From positions 1 to 44,739 of IMG/VR virus record IMGVR_UViG_3300010362_000035: a stretch of 44,739 nt of DNA; one strand, written 5' to 3'. Every line of letters begins with the position of its first letter. Within the stretch, counting starts at the first letter, position 1. The stretch is from a virus. Lineage: Duplodnaviria; Caudoviricetes. A program made the translations under genes and the position numbers. Of the stretch, positions 8,045 to 16,637 are shown in pieces. The notes beneath the pieces are model-generated. The model saw nothing but the letters and a program-made list of their open reading frames with translations. It did no database searches and was not told the origin of the DNA.

Positions 8045-9119
8045 TCGCTCCTCCTCCGTTGAGCCCCTCGATCTCCGTCTCCTCGTCGATGCGATGCAGG
8101 CCGAAGCGCCGGCCGGTCGCGTAGCCCTCCAGATTGCGCGAGACGCGCCAGCCCAGGACGGCCTCCCCCTTCTCCGCGCGCACGACGATCGGGCCGTTGT
8201 CGCCGACCCAGCCCTTGAGCGCCCTCGTCCGCCGCTCCTTGACGGCGTCGGCGACCACCCATTCGGCGGCCCAGCGATGCGCCTGCTCAAGATTCGCGAC
8301 GCCGCCCGCGCCGCGCCCCTCCGCCTCGATGGGGCAATGGGCGGGCCTGGGGCAGTAACGGCAATGGGAGCCGGCCTGCGGATCCCAGCGCCCCGTCCGC
8401 TTCGCCTCCTCCAGCCCGACGACGCCGGCGAGAAGCTCCGCCTCGACCTCCTCAAGGTCGGAGCGGTAGAGCGTCGCCTCCCGGATCTCGTCCTGCAAGG
8501 GGTATTGCTCCCTCAGCGTGCAGCGGTTGAGCCCCGGGTAGTTGCTGAGGACGAGGAAGCCGTAGCAGCGCTGCTGGTAGTAGCCGCGCTCCGATATGGC
8601 GCTCTTCGGGGGGACCGCCCACGTCAGCTTGTAGTCGATGACGACAGCGCCGCCCGGGGGGTCGGCCAGGAGCGCGTCGGGCTGGCCCGTGACCTGGACG
8701 ATCTCCGCGGTATGCGGGAGATAGAGCTTCGCGAAGAGGCGGCGCTCGACGTCGACGAGATGCTCCGCGCTCCATCGATTCGCATTCGCCCATTTGATAC
8801 AGGCGATCCGGACGTTGCGCAGGAAGCGCGCTGGCACGTGCGGAGCGCCGGGGGCGGCTAGCTGCTCGTTGAGGATCGCGAGGCAGTCCTCCGGCGCGAT
8901 GCGGTCCTCCTCCTGGGCGCGCATGGCGCGCAGGGCCTCCCCGAAGACGAGATGCATGAGCGTCCCTGCCGCCGCCTCCGGGCCCGATACGTCGGGGGTC
9001 TCGATGCGCCACTTCGTCGCGAGCGGGCAGGCGTCCCAGGAGGCGAGGACGCTCTGGCGGAAGATCCCGCCCGTCCCGTCGCCGGGGAGCGCCTGCTGGC
9101 TCTCCGGGCGCGCGCTCAT
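8025..9119 (-). CDS. PD-(D/E)XK exonuclease (RecE/AddB/Cas4-like), partner of the SSAP
   Basis: GTLMH, GQPDAL...IDYK, QxxxY, N-terminal Cys plus C-terminal CxxCxxxxxC. Confidence 0.85.
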   Translation of the reverse strand: MSARPESQQALPGDGTGGIFRQSVLASWDACPLATKWRIETPDVSGPEAAAGTLMHLVFGEALRAMRAQEEDRIAPEDCLAILNEQLAAPGAPHVPARFLRNVRIACIKWANANRWSAEHLVDVERRLFAKLYLPHTAEIVQVTGQPDALLADPPGGAVVIDYKLTWAVPPKSAISERGYYQQRCYGFLVLSNYPGLNRCTLREQYPLQDEIREATLYRSDLEEVEAELLAGVVGLEEAKRTGRWDPQAGSHCRYCPRPAHCPIEAEGRGAGGVANLEQAHRWAAEWVVADAVKERRTRALKGWVGDNGPIVVRAEKGEAVLGWRVSRNLEGYATGRRFGLHRIDEETEIEGLNGGGANAAQAG

Positions 9120-10510
9120 CCCTGGGGCTCCTGGGCGTCAATGGCGGCCCGGAGCTCAGAGATGTTCGCCTCGACCTCGTCCTCGCTCATGCCCTGCTGG
9201 TCGCGGTACTCCGGATCCGCCTTGACATCGAGCCAGTAGGCGAGATCCGCGCGAAGATCCTCAACGCTCGCGGCCGGCACCGAAGGCGTCGGCTCCAGCG
9301 GCGGAAGCTCCGTCGGCGCGTCGGGATCCTCCTCCTCCGGCTCCGCCGGCGGGGCCTCCTCCGGCTCCGGCTCCGGATCGACTCCGGGGGCCGTCGGATC
9401 GATCTCCGGCTCCGGCTCGCGGGGAAGCTCCGTCTGCGGCTCGCCGGGGGCCGGGCCCGCCTGCGCCTCCTGGCCGGCGAAGAGCGCGGAGAGCGCACTC
9501 GAGCCCCGCTCTGCCGGTTCCGGCGAATCCTCCGGGACCGGGGCCGGGGGCTCCGGGGGCGCTTCGGGGGCTTCGGGCTCTACCACCTCAGCGTCTTGTG
9601 GGGCGTCGTCCTGCGGCTCCTCCGGGGCGTCCGGCACTTCCGCGGCTCCTTCTACGACCTCGCCATTCTGTGCGGCAGAGGCGACGAGAGCGCCGCGCTC
9701 CTCCTCCAGCCGCGAGGCGAGCGCCGCGAGCGCCTCCTCCGCCTGGCCGCGCACGAGCAGGTCGATAGCACCGGGCCCGTAGGAGTGCGGGGCCAGGGCG
9801 TTGATCGCCGCGAACAGCGGCTCGAGTCGCGCCCGCGCATCGGCGCTGGGCCATGCGATGTCGACGGCGAGAGCGACCTCCCCGGCGGCGCGCTCCTCGT
9901 TGAGATCCATCTCGCCCTCCACGACGACGCCGGAGAGATTCGAGGCCATCGCCAGCGCCGTCCGCTCAGCGGCGGCCAGGATCATGACGGAGCGCTGGGA
10001 GCCCCAGGGCGAATACTTGAGCTTGGCTTCACTCGTCGGCAGATACTCCTCAAGCGGCGCGTAGAAGAAGCCGTAGGCCTCCGGCCCCGCGTCGACCTCG
10101 CACCACGCCCCGACGATGGCCCCGCGCTTCCCCTGCGAGCCCTTGTAGCGATGCGTGATCGCCCGCCGGCCGTCCGGGAGGCGCTCGACCTCGAACTCGT
10201 CCTGCTCGCGGACGACGTCGCGATCCACCTTCGCCTTGAGCCGGCGGGCAACCTTCCGCAGGCCGTCGCGCCCAACCATGATGAGCATCCGCCCGCGGCT
10301 CCCGTCCTTCCGCGGCTGGGGCGCGCACCAGATCTCATGGGCGAAGGGATCGAGCCCGTAGCGCGCCGCGAGCTCAAGGAACATCGCAAGCTCCGCGTCG
10401 GTAGCCCCCTCCGCAACCGTTGCCTTTATGAGGCGGACCTGCTCTGGGTCGTAGTCGCCTCGCCGGCGGCGCAGAGCGGCCTCGTCCTGGGCAAGCTCGA
10501 TGTCAGTCAT
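9116..10510 (-). CDS. bet: Bet/RecT-family single-strand annealing protein with long acidic Pro-rich tail
   Basis: LIKATVAEGATDAELAMFL...YGLDPFAHEIW...IMVGRDGLRKVA; adjacent exonuclease. Confidence 0.85.
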   Translation of the reverse strand: MTDIELAQDEAALRRRRGDYDPEQVRLIKATVAEGATDAELAMFLELAARYGLDPFAHEIWCAPQPRKDGSRGRMLIMVGRDGLRKVARRLKAKVDRDVVREQDEFEVERLPDGRRAITHRYKGSQGKRGAIVGAWCEVDAGPEAYGFFYAPLEEYLPTSEAKLKYSPWGSQRSVMILAAAERTALAMASNLSGVVVEGEMDLNEERAAGEVALAVDIAWPSADARARLEPLFAAINALAPHSYGPGAIDLLVRGQAEEALAALASRLEEERGALVASAAQNGEVVEGAAEVPDAPEEPQDDAPQDAEVVEPEAPEAPPEPPAPVPEDSPEPAERGSSALSALFAGQEAQAGPAPGEPQTELPREPEPEIDPTAPGVDPEPEPEEAPPAEPEEEDPDAPTELPPLEPTPSVPAASVEDLRADLAYWLDVKADPEYRDQQGMSEDEVEANISELRAAIDAQEPQG

Positions 10511-10514
10511 GCGG

Positions 10515-10549
10515 CCCTCCTGGGGCGTCGGGTACGACGACGGAGCCTA
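10515..10549 (-). promoter_or_regulatory. Putative promoter/leader TAGGCT-N8-GTACCCGACGCCCCAGGAGG
   Basis: Copy of the repeated leader architecture. Confidence 0.6.
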
Positions 10550-10779
10550 TAGAGCCTCGCGGCAGAACGGCCAGCGGGCCGCCCTCCCGGAAGGCGGCTT
10601 CGCCGGCGGCGCGCCGACGACGGGCTCGCGACGCGGTCTTGGCGCGCGCTCCGGGGCGCGCTTGTACCCGAAACAGCCCGCAGAGGAGGAGTTTCGCCGG
10701 GGCGATATGTGGCCCCGGGCCGCATCGAGCGAGGCGTAGCCGGCTGGGGGCAGTGTACCCAGGAAGAGGCCGGGGGCAC

Positions 10780-11415
10780 TCAGGGCACGCTCGCGACGAG
10801 GCAGACGATGATCGTCGCCGTCGCCTCCGGATTGCGCTGGTGCACATCGATGGTCGTCCGCGTCGAGCCCGGGGGGCAGTTGAAGCCCTGCCCCTGGTCG
10901 CCGGGCGGCCCCTGCGGCCCCTGCGGCCCGATCGGTCCCGGGGGGCCTGCCGCTCCAGCCGGGCCGATCTCGCCCACCGGCCCCTGCGCCCCCGCGGGCC
11001 CGCGCTCGCCTGCGGGGCCTCGCGCGCCCGTAGCGCCGTCCTGGCCCGCCTCGCCGGTAGCCCCGGCCTCGCCGGCCGAACCTCGAGCTCCGCGCGCACC
11101 GCGCGCCCCGCGCCTGCCTGCCGCGCCCTGGCTTCCCTGGGCTCCGGCGGGGCCTGGGCCGCCCTCCGCGCCCGGGGCCCCTGCCGCGCCCTGGGAGCCC
11201 TTCGAGCCCTTCGAGCCCTTCGCCCCCGGCGTACCCTGCTCGCCGGCGGGGCCCGCGGGACCGGCGGGCCCCGCTGCTCCTCGCGGCCCCGTCTGCTGCG
11301 AGGAGGGCTCCGGGGAGTTCATCGCATTGACGCCGACGGCGACGGCGGAGGCCCCGCAGAGCGCCGTCATGACGCCCACGAGCAGAAGCGTCGGGATCCT
11401 ACGTAGCAGGCTCAC
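10780..11415 (-). CDS. Membrane-anchored or secreted collagen-like protein
   Basis: Hydrophobic N-terminus, about 45 uninterrupted Gly-X-Y triplets, C-terminal CPPG...C module; GTG start uncertain. Confidence 0.75.
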   Translation of the reverse strand: MSLLRRIPTLLLVGVMTALCGASAVAVGVNAMNSPEPSSQQTGPRGAAGPAGPAGPAGEQGTPGAKGSKGSKGSQGAAGAPGAEGGPGPAGAQGSQGAAGRRGARGARGARGSAGEAGATGEAGQDGATGARGPAGERGPAGAQGPVGEIGPAGAAGPPGPIGPQGPQGPPGDQGQGFNCPPGSTRTTIDVHQRNPEATATIIVCLVASVP

Positions 11416-11638
11416 TGGGCATCGGGCCGCGCTCGTGGGAGACGTCGCGGCGCAGGAGGGCAAGCTCTACGCGCGCGGCGACGAGCTCATCGAGGAGATG
11501 GTCGTCGATATCTCCGGGATTGAGGATCGTCGGCCCCGGCTTCGAGCGGAAGGAACGAATGATCTGGAGCAAGCCGGCCACCGCCCCCAGGAGGCCGACG
11601 AGAGCGGTAACGCCCCCGATGGCTGTCTCTGGCGACAC
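11399..11638 (-). CDS. Single-TM lysis-cassette membrane protein
   Basis: N-terminal TM helix followed by coiled coil, directly after the holin. Confidence 0.6.
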   Translation of the reverse strand: MSPETAIGGVTALVGLLGAVAGLLQIIRSFRSKPGPTILNPGDIDDHLLDELVAARVELALLRRDVSHERGPMPSEPAT

Positions 11639-11641
11639 GGC

Positions 11642-11977
11642 TCATGGGGCGGGCTCGTTGAACTTCGTGGGGTCGCGCACGTCCTTCTCGTAGCTCTGCC
11701 ATCCCGACAGCCACTTCGAGGCGATGGCGGCGATGGCGAGCATGCCGCCCACGAGCCCGCCCGTCGAGGCGAAGTCGAGGTTGGCGAGCGCCGGGGCCAG
11801 GGCCGTCGCCAGGCCCGCAATCGCGCCCAGGACGGCGACGATCCGGCCCTTGTTGAGGCCCGCCGGGACGGGCGTCTGCTTGACGATGGTCTCGATCTGC
11901 GTCGCCACGGAGGCGACGGTCTCCGCGCCCTTCTCTAGCTGCCCCCCGCTGGGGGGCCTGCGCTGTGCTGGACTCAT
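11642..11977 (-). CDS. Putative holin
   Basis: Two hydrophobic helices; ATGA-coupled to the lysozyme. Confidence 0.7.
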   Translation of the reverse strand: MSPAQRRPPSGGQLEKGAETVASVATQIETIVKQTPVPAGLNKGRIVAVLGAIAGLATALAPALANLDFASTGGLVGGMLAIAAIASKWLSGWQSYEKDVRDPTKFNEPAP

Positions 11978-12618
11978 GATGTCCTCGCCAGGAGAGACTT
12001 GTACCGGGCCCGGCGCTCCGCCTTGTCCCACCCGCTCTTCTGGGCGGCCTGCCAGATCCGCTTACGCTGCTCCGTCATGACGCGCCGCAGAACGCGCCGG
12101 CGCGCCGGATCTTTCTTCTTCCGCAGGAGCGAGTCGTACTCTCGCATCCAGCGCCGCTCGCTGTCCGTGTAGCCCGTCCGCTCCGGCTGGGAGAGGAAGA
12201 GCGCCCTCTCCGCCTTCCGCCGGCGCGTCAGGCCGGGGAGCGCCCGCCCCCCAGCCTTGTCCCACTTGAGAAGCTCGTCCGCCGCCCGCTTGTAGTCGCG
12301 GGCCCGGAGGGCTCTCCCAACCCCGGTATTCGAGGCGATCCCCCCGGGCCCGACGTTGTAGACGAAGGAGCAGAGCGCGTCGTACTGGCTCTGGTTGAGG
12401 GGGACGCCCAGGCGATCCACGGCCGCCCCGTACGTCGCCGTGACCTCCCGGATGAGGCGCTCCTCCGCCTGCTTCTGGCTGACGCATTTGGTATGCGGCC
12501 CCACGCCCTTCGTCGAGCCGTACCCGATCGTCCAGACGCCGACGGCGTCCCGGTACGGGCAGGACCGGAAGCCCTCGAAGCCCTCGATGAGCTTCGCGCC
12601 CTTGCTACTCAGGCGCAT
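11974..12618 (-). CDS. Endolysin, GH24 (T4-type) lysozyme with basic C-terminal extension
   Basis: E-x8-D-x5-T triad EGFRSCPYRDAVGVWTIGYG; LNQSQYDALCSFVYNVG; LPGLTRRRKAERALF. Confidence 0.92.
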   Translation of the reverse strand: MRLSSKGAKLIEGFEGFRSCPYRDAVGVWTIGYGSTKGVGPHTKCVSQKQAEERLIREVTATYGAAVDRLGVPLNQSQYDALCSFVYNVGPGGIASNTGVGRALRARDYKRAADELLKWDKAGGRALPGLTRRRKAERALFLSQPERTGYTDSERRWMREYDSLLRKKKDPARRRVLRRVMTEQRKRIWQAAQKSGWDKAERRARYKSLLARTS

Positions 12619-12856
12619 CCGGCTTCTCCGATCCCTCCTCCGCGTCCGGGGGAGCCGCGAGCTCCTGCTCGTCGCTGACGTCGGGCTCCTCCCCGCCGGC
12701 CTCCTCGTCCTCCAGCGGGCCCTCGCCCTCGTCCTCGACGTCGTCGAAGGCGGCGTCCGGCTCGTCGGCCTGCTCCTCCGCCGGCGCGTCGGCGTCCGGG
12801 GGCGCGCCCTGCTCCTCCGGAGGCTCCGCGCCCTGGCCCTGCTCCTGCTCGCTCAT
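12605..12856 (-). CDS. Highly acidic, probably disordered protein (83 aa)
   Basis: MSEQEQGQG...; D/E/P/A-rich; ATGA-coupled to the peptidase gene. Confidence 0.65.
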   Translation of the reverse strand: MSEQEQGQGAEPPEEQGAPPDADAPAEEQADEPDAAFDDVEDEGEGPLEDEEAGGEEPDVSDEQELAAPPDAEEGSEKPDAPE

Positions 12857-13533
12857 CCCACCAGCCCCTTCATGTAGTCGTACCGCCGGCGGCGGTTGTT
12901 CTTGTTCCAGCCGTCGCGCTTCGCCGCGTTGGCGATATCGCGCATATAGGCGCGCAGGCGGCCCTTCGCCTTCGTTGCCCGCGCGAGATGGCTCTTGTCG
13001 ACCTTCCCCCATCCGCCGTTGCGCTTCGCGATCCTCCGCTCCTTCACGAGCGTGTCGCGCGCCGCCGCCTCGCCAGGCGTCAGATACGCGCGCGGATGCT
13101 TCTTCGGCTTCGCGCTCTCCCCTCGATGGCGGTCCTTGTCCGGGTGGTAGAGGGCATGCCACGCCTCGCTGGGGGCGTCAGAGCCCAGAGAGGCCCCGCG
13201 GATCCCCCAGCCGTACTCCGGCCCGTACTTCCGCATGGCGGCCTGCATCGCCGCCGTCGGCAGGTCGACAGCCACGCCCCATCCGTGGTTGCTCGTCCCG
13301 GGGCGAGCGGCGAGCGCCCCCTTGCCGCTCTGGTAGAGCCGCCAGAAATACTCCTGGTCGGCGTACGGGCGATAGGCCGTCCGCGCAGAGGTCGGGCAGA
13401 TCCAGACGCCCCGCTCCTTCCCGATGCGCTGGCGCAGGCGAAGCCAGGAGGCGGCGGCGTCCCTCCTCAGCCAGCCCCCGGGAATCTCCGCGAGCTCGCT
13501 CGCCGGGATGCGCCCATTCGCGTAGGCCATCAC
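12853..13533 (-). CDS. Endolysin, M15 (VanY-like) Zn peptidase with basic C-terminal domain
   Basis: AYRPYADQ...ARPGTSNHGWGVAVD...EAWH (SxH-x6-D...ExWH). Confidence 0.85.
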   Translation of the reverse strand: MMAYANGRIPASELAEIPGGWLRRDAAASWLRLRQRIGKERGVWICPTSARTAYRPYADQEYFWRLYQSGKGALAARPGTSNHGWGVAVDLPTAAMQAAMRKYGPEYGWGIRGASLGSDAPSEAWHALYHPDKDRHRGESAKPKKHPRAYLTPGEAAARDTLVKERRIAKRNGGWGKVDKSHLARATKAKGRLRAYMRDIANAAKRDGWNKNNRRRRYDYMKGLVG

Positions 13534-13745
13534 GCAGGCGGCGTCTCAGCCGGCGCGGGCGGGGCGGCGACCATCTCCGCCGGCGTCTTGATCTCCCCTC
13601 CCTGCACGACCCCTCCGGCGACCTGCTCCGTGACGTTGGCGCTGACGGTAGCCCCCTCCGGCAGGGCGAGGCTCGCGACGAAGCTCTGGACTGCCTCCGC
13701 CGACTCCGCTTGATAGCTGATATTGACGAACGCCTGGACGGGCAT
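13530..13745 (-). CDS. Hypothetical protein (71 aa), tail-fibre associated
   Basis: RBS upstream; overlap with the downstream gene. Confidence 0.6.
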   Translation of the reverse strand: MPVQAFVNISYQAESAEAVQSFVASLALPEGATVSANVTEQVAGGVVQGGEIKTPAEMVAAPPAPAETPPA

Positions 13746-13748
13746 GGC

Positions 13749-14432
13749 TCACGCTCCTGCGTAGATGTAGGCGGGGATGGCGATAGAGGGCTGGGTGTTG
13801 TCATGCGCGGCGTTGCCGCCGTCGGCCAGGAGGGCGTGGCCGTGATTGAGGTCGTCGTTGTAGAGCACGCCGTCGGTGACGAAGGCCCCGACGACGCCGC
13901 CCGTAGCGAGATTCGTCGGCGCGTAGCCGCCGGCCGTATTGCGGTCCCCGGTAACGCCGTGGCTGTGGTTGAGCGAGCGGCTCGCCCCGCCGGTAGCACC
14001 CCCGTGGCTATGGGAGGGCATCTGGGCGGTGCTCAAGGCGACCGCCTCGACGCCCCATTTGGTGCCGATGGCTCGCGCCGTCAGGCCCGCGCCCTGGCCC
14101 GCGCCCACGGACGCCCGGCCCCGCAGATCCGGGACGTTGAAAGTAGTCGAGCCATCCCCGGCCCCGAAGACCGCGCCGATAGCAGCGAAGAGCCGGGAGT
14201 ACGTACTCCTGGAGCGCGCGGCCCCGTCGCAGGCCAGCCAGCCGGCCGGCGCGGTATTGACGGCGATCCAGCGAACCTCGCCGACGAATATGAGGCCCGG
14301 AGATCCGGCCCCGCCGCCGCCCTCGATGGCATCGGCCAGTGCCTTGATATCGCGCGGCACGTCGACGTTGTCGTCGGGCGTCGGATAGGGCAGACCAAGG
14401 ATCGGGGTGCTTCCAGAGGGGCCGGCCATCAT
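13749..14432 (-). CDS. Tail fibre protein with tail-collar domain
   Basis: GEVRW...PAGWLACDG...YSRLFAAIG...GDGSTTFNVPDLRGR; HxH repeats. Confidence 0.85.
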   Translation of the reverse strand: MMAGPSGSTPILGLPYPTPDDNVDVPRDIKALADAIEGGGGAGSPGLIFVGEVRWIAVNTAPAGWLACDGAARSRSTYSRLFAAIGAVFGAGDGSTTFNVPDLRGRASVGAGQGAGLTARAIGTKWGVEAVALSTAQMPSHSHGGATGGASRSLNHSHGVTGDRNTAGGYAPTNLATGGVVGAFVTDGVLYNDDLNHGHALLADGGNAAHDNTQPSIAIPAYIYAGA

Positions 14433-15082
14433 GGGCCTCCGGGCTGGTTGTTGGTCAGATCGCGGTACGTCGGGAAGAGCGGGCCCAGCGAGGCGTACGT
14501 CCAGCCTTCGGCCGCCCCCTGCTCCGTCATCGCCTCGTAATCCCAGCCCAGGACGTTCCGGTAGTAGAGAACGATCCCGGCGGGCTTCGCCGCCATGAGC
14601 GCCGCGAGCACCTTCGCCGGGTCGGGCGTCTCATTCTCCAGCGTGACGACCTCCAGCGTGTAAGGAGGATCGCTTCCCGTCGGATCGCGCTCCCGGAAGA
14701 ACACGGTCTGCGAGCCCGTCAGATAGAGGCTCGCCGCCGCCCTCATCGCCGCCACCGTCCCGCGGGCCTGGGGGGCGAGCGCGGAGATGATCTCCCGCCG
14801 GCGCGCATCGTCCGCCGTCGCCGGGAGCGCGAGGCCGACTAGCTGCGCGAGCCAGGGGAGCGCCCAGGAGGGGCATCGAGCGGGATCGAGGATCGTCTCG
14901 AAGGAGGCGGCGTCCTCCGGGTCGAAGGCCTCTTGTAGCTGGATCGCCTTCGAGGCGAGGGCTTCGGAGAGATGGGCGTGCGCCCAGCCATGCTCCGCGT
15001 CGTCGGGAGCGAGAGGGGAGGTCCGCTCCGCCAGGCGGGCCCCCAGCGGCGTGAAGTCCGGGATCTCCCCCAGCTTGCTCAT
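14429..15082 (-). CDS. Baseplate wedge protein (P2 gpI-like)
   Basis: LDPARCPSWALPWLAQLVG...RGTVAAM...KPAGI; position after gpJ. Confidence 0.8.
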   Translation of the reverse strand: MSKLGEIPDFTPLGARLAERTSPLAPDDAEHGWAHAHLSEALASKAIQLQEAFDPEDAASFETILDPARCPSWALPWLAQLVGLALPATADDARRREIISALAPQARGTVAAMRAAASLYLTGSQTVFFRERDPTGSDPPYTLEVVTLENETPDPAKVLAALMAAKPAGIVLYYRNVLGWDYEAMTEQGAAEGWTYASLGPLFPTYRDLTNNQPGGP

Positions 15083-16308
15083 GGCGCGAGATTCGCCGTG
15101 ATCTGCAAGCCGTCGGGGGCGGTGTCGAGCGTCGGGAGCGGGGCGGCCCCGGAGAGCGGGATATCCGCCGCCTGCCATGCCCCGCCGTCGATCCGAAGCT
15201 CTACCGAATCGACCCAATGCACGCCGTTGGCGCGGTTGAGGTAGTCGACGGCCTCGTAGAGCCGGACGCGATCATCGCGCGCCCAGGAGGAGGTGCCGCC
15301 GGCCGCGCCCGGAGGGAGCCCGAACTGGCCGGGGTCGAGCCACGTGCGCATCATCGCCTCCGCCGCCGCCTGAACATCGGCGGGCAGGAAGCCGGGGAAG
15401 GCCGTCACCGTCGCGCGGACGCCGATCGAGTGGTACGTACCGGCGATCACGTACGTCAGGAAATTGACCTCCCGCTGGGCGTCGATCTGCTCGTAGACGC
15501 GCTGCATGAGCGAGGGATCCGCCGGCGCGCCATCCGGGCCCGTGATCGCGATAGTCGTACAGCGCGGGACGCCCGTAGCGCCGGCGGGGTTGTACTCCGG
15601 CGCTGAGGTATCCCCGACGGGGCTCTCCGCGCTGGAGGGCATATAGAGGTCGATGGCGAGCGCGCGGCCCACGCCCGGAACCTGGGAGGCCAGCGTCGAG
15701 AAGTCTCCGGGGAGGATGGGCCTGGGCGCGAGCAGCGTAAGCAGGGTCGTCAGCCTGTCGAGGTAGGCGTCGATGTCCTCCTCGTCCTGGCCTCCCTGCG
15801 CCTCGCTGACGCTGACGCTCGAGACGCCGTCGAGGGCCGTGGCGAGCTCGCTCGCGCCGAAGCTCCCGTTGGCCACCGCCCCCGGCTCCTCCGCCGTGAC
15901 GCCGACCTGCATCGTGCCGCCGCCCTCCGGGGCAACGAGATCATCGTCCGTGAGGAAGACCTGGCCCTCCCCGGAGGGATTCGGGACGATGATCTGGGAG
16001 AGGGCGTCGAGCATGACGGCCGGCGTATCCGCCGCCCAGACGACCGTGGCCGTCGCGACGGCGGAGGTAGCGGCCCTCCGGGGAATCCCGTAGATCGTCT
16101 CCCCGATGGTCGCGTAGACGGCCGGCGCTACTTGCGAGGCCTGGTCGAGCACCTCGCTGAGCATCTGGGCGTCGGCCTCCAGCATGACCGTCTCGATATT
16201 CGCCGGCCGCGCGACCCAGCCGTCTATCGCCCCTTCGAGGTAGGAGAAGGCGACGTTGGCGAGCGCGTCGGTATCGCTGACGAGATCCAGATCGATGTAC
16301 TCCGCCAT
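15079..16308 (-). CDS. Baseplate J/gp47-family protein
   Basis: YGIPRRAAT, VTAEEPGAVANG, GGQDEEDIDAYLDRL, VPGVGRA. Confidence 0.88.
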   Translation of the reverse strand: MAEYIDLDLVSDTDALANVAFSYLEGAIDGWVARPANIETVMLEADAQMLSEVLDQASQVAPAVYATIGETIYGIPRRAATSAVATATVVWAADTPAVMLDALSQIIVPNPSGEGQVFLTDDDLVAPEGGGTMQVGVTAEEPGAVANGSFGASELATALDGVSSVSVSEAQGGQDEEDIDAYLDRLTTLLTLLAPRPILPGDFSTLASQVPGVGRALAIDLYMPSSAESPVGDTSAPEYNPAGATGVPRCTTIAITGPDGAPADPSLMQRVYEQIDAQREVNFLTYVIAGTYHSIGVRATVTAFPGFLPADVQAAAEAMMRTWLDPGQFGLPPGAAGGTSSWARDDRVRLYEAVDYLNRANGVHWVDSVELRIDGGAWQAADIPLSGAAPLPTLDTAPDGLQITANLAP

Positions 16309-16310
16309 CC

Positions 16311-16637
16311 CTACACCTCCGTCTCTTCCGCGATCCTGGCGCTTACGCGGATGCGCTGGGAGCCGCGCCCATCATCCCGGAGCTCGATCTCAAGGACGGC
16401 GCGGCTCTCATAGACCCCGACCTGCCGCTCGATCTCCGCGACGGCGCGGTCCGTCGGGATCTGGTCGAAGGCGGGGTCCGTGATCCCGAAGTCGGGGGCC
16501 TCCGCCCTCCAGCCGCGCCGGAAGCAGAGAAGCGCGGCGACGGCGGCCGCCACCTCGCTGTCGGTGTCCTGCTGGATCGAGGAGAAGCGCGAGCCCTCTA
16601 CGCGGATCGGCCAGTCGAGATGCGGGAGGTCATCCAT
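16311..16637 (-). CDS. Baseplate wedge gp25/GPW-like protein
   Basis: GWRAEAPDFGI...YESRA; size and position. Confidence 0.8.
   Translation of the reverse strand: MDDLPHLDWPIRVEGSRFSSIQQDTDSEVAAAVAALLCFRRGWRAEAPDFGITDPAFDQIPTDRAVAEIERQVGVYESRAVLEIELRDDGRGSQRIRVSARIAEETEV

Noticed and set aside
6818-8455. ORF-track N-terminal extensions (6818..8455, 1124..2026, 16637..19690, 27540..28889, 29760..31925 and others)
   Set aside because: They overlap upstream genes extensively; internal starts with RBS or ATGA coupling fit better.
8025-9119. Cas4 / CRISPR adaptation gene
   Set aside because: No cas1/cas2 or array; adjacency to Bet indicates a recombination exonuclease.
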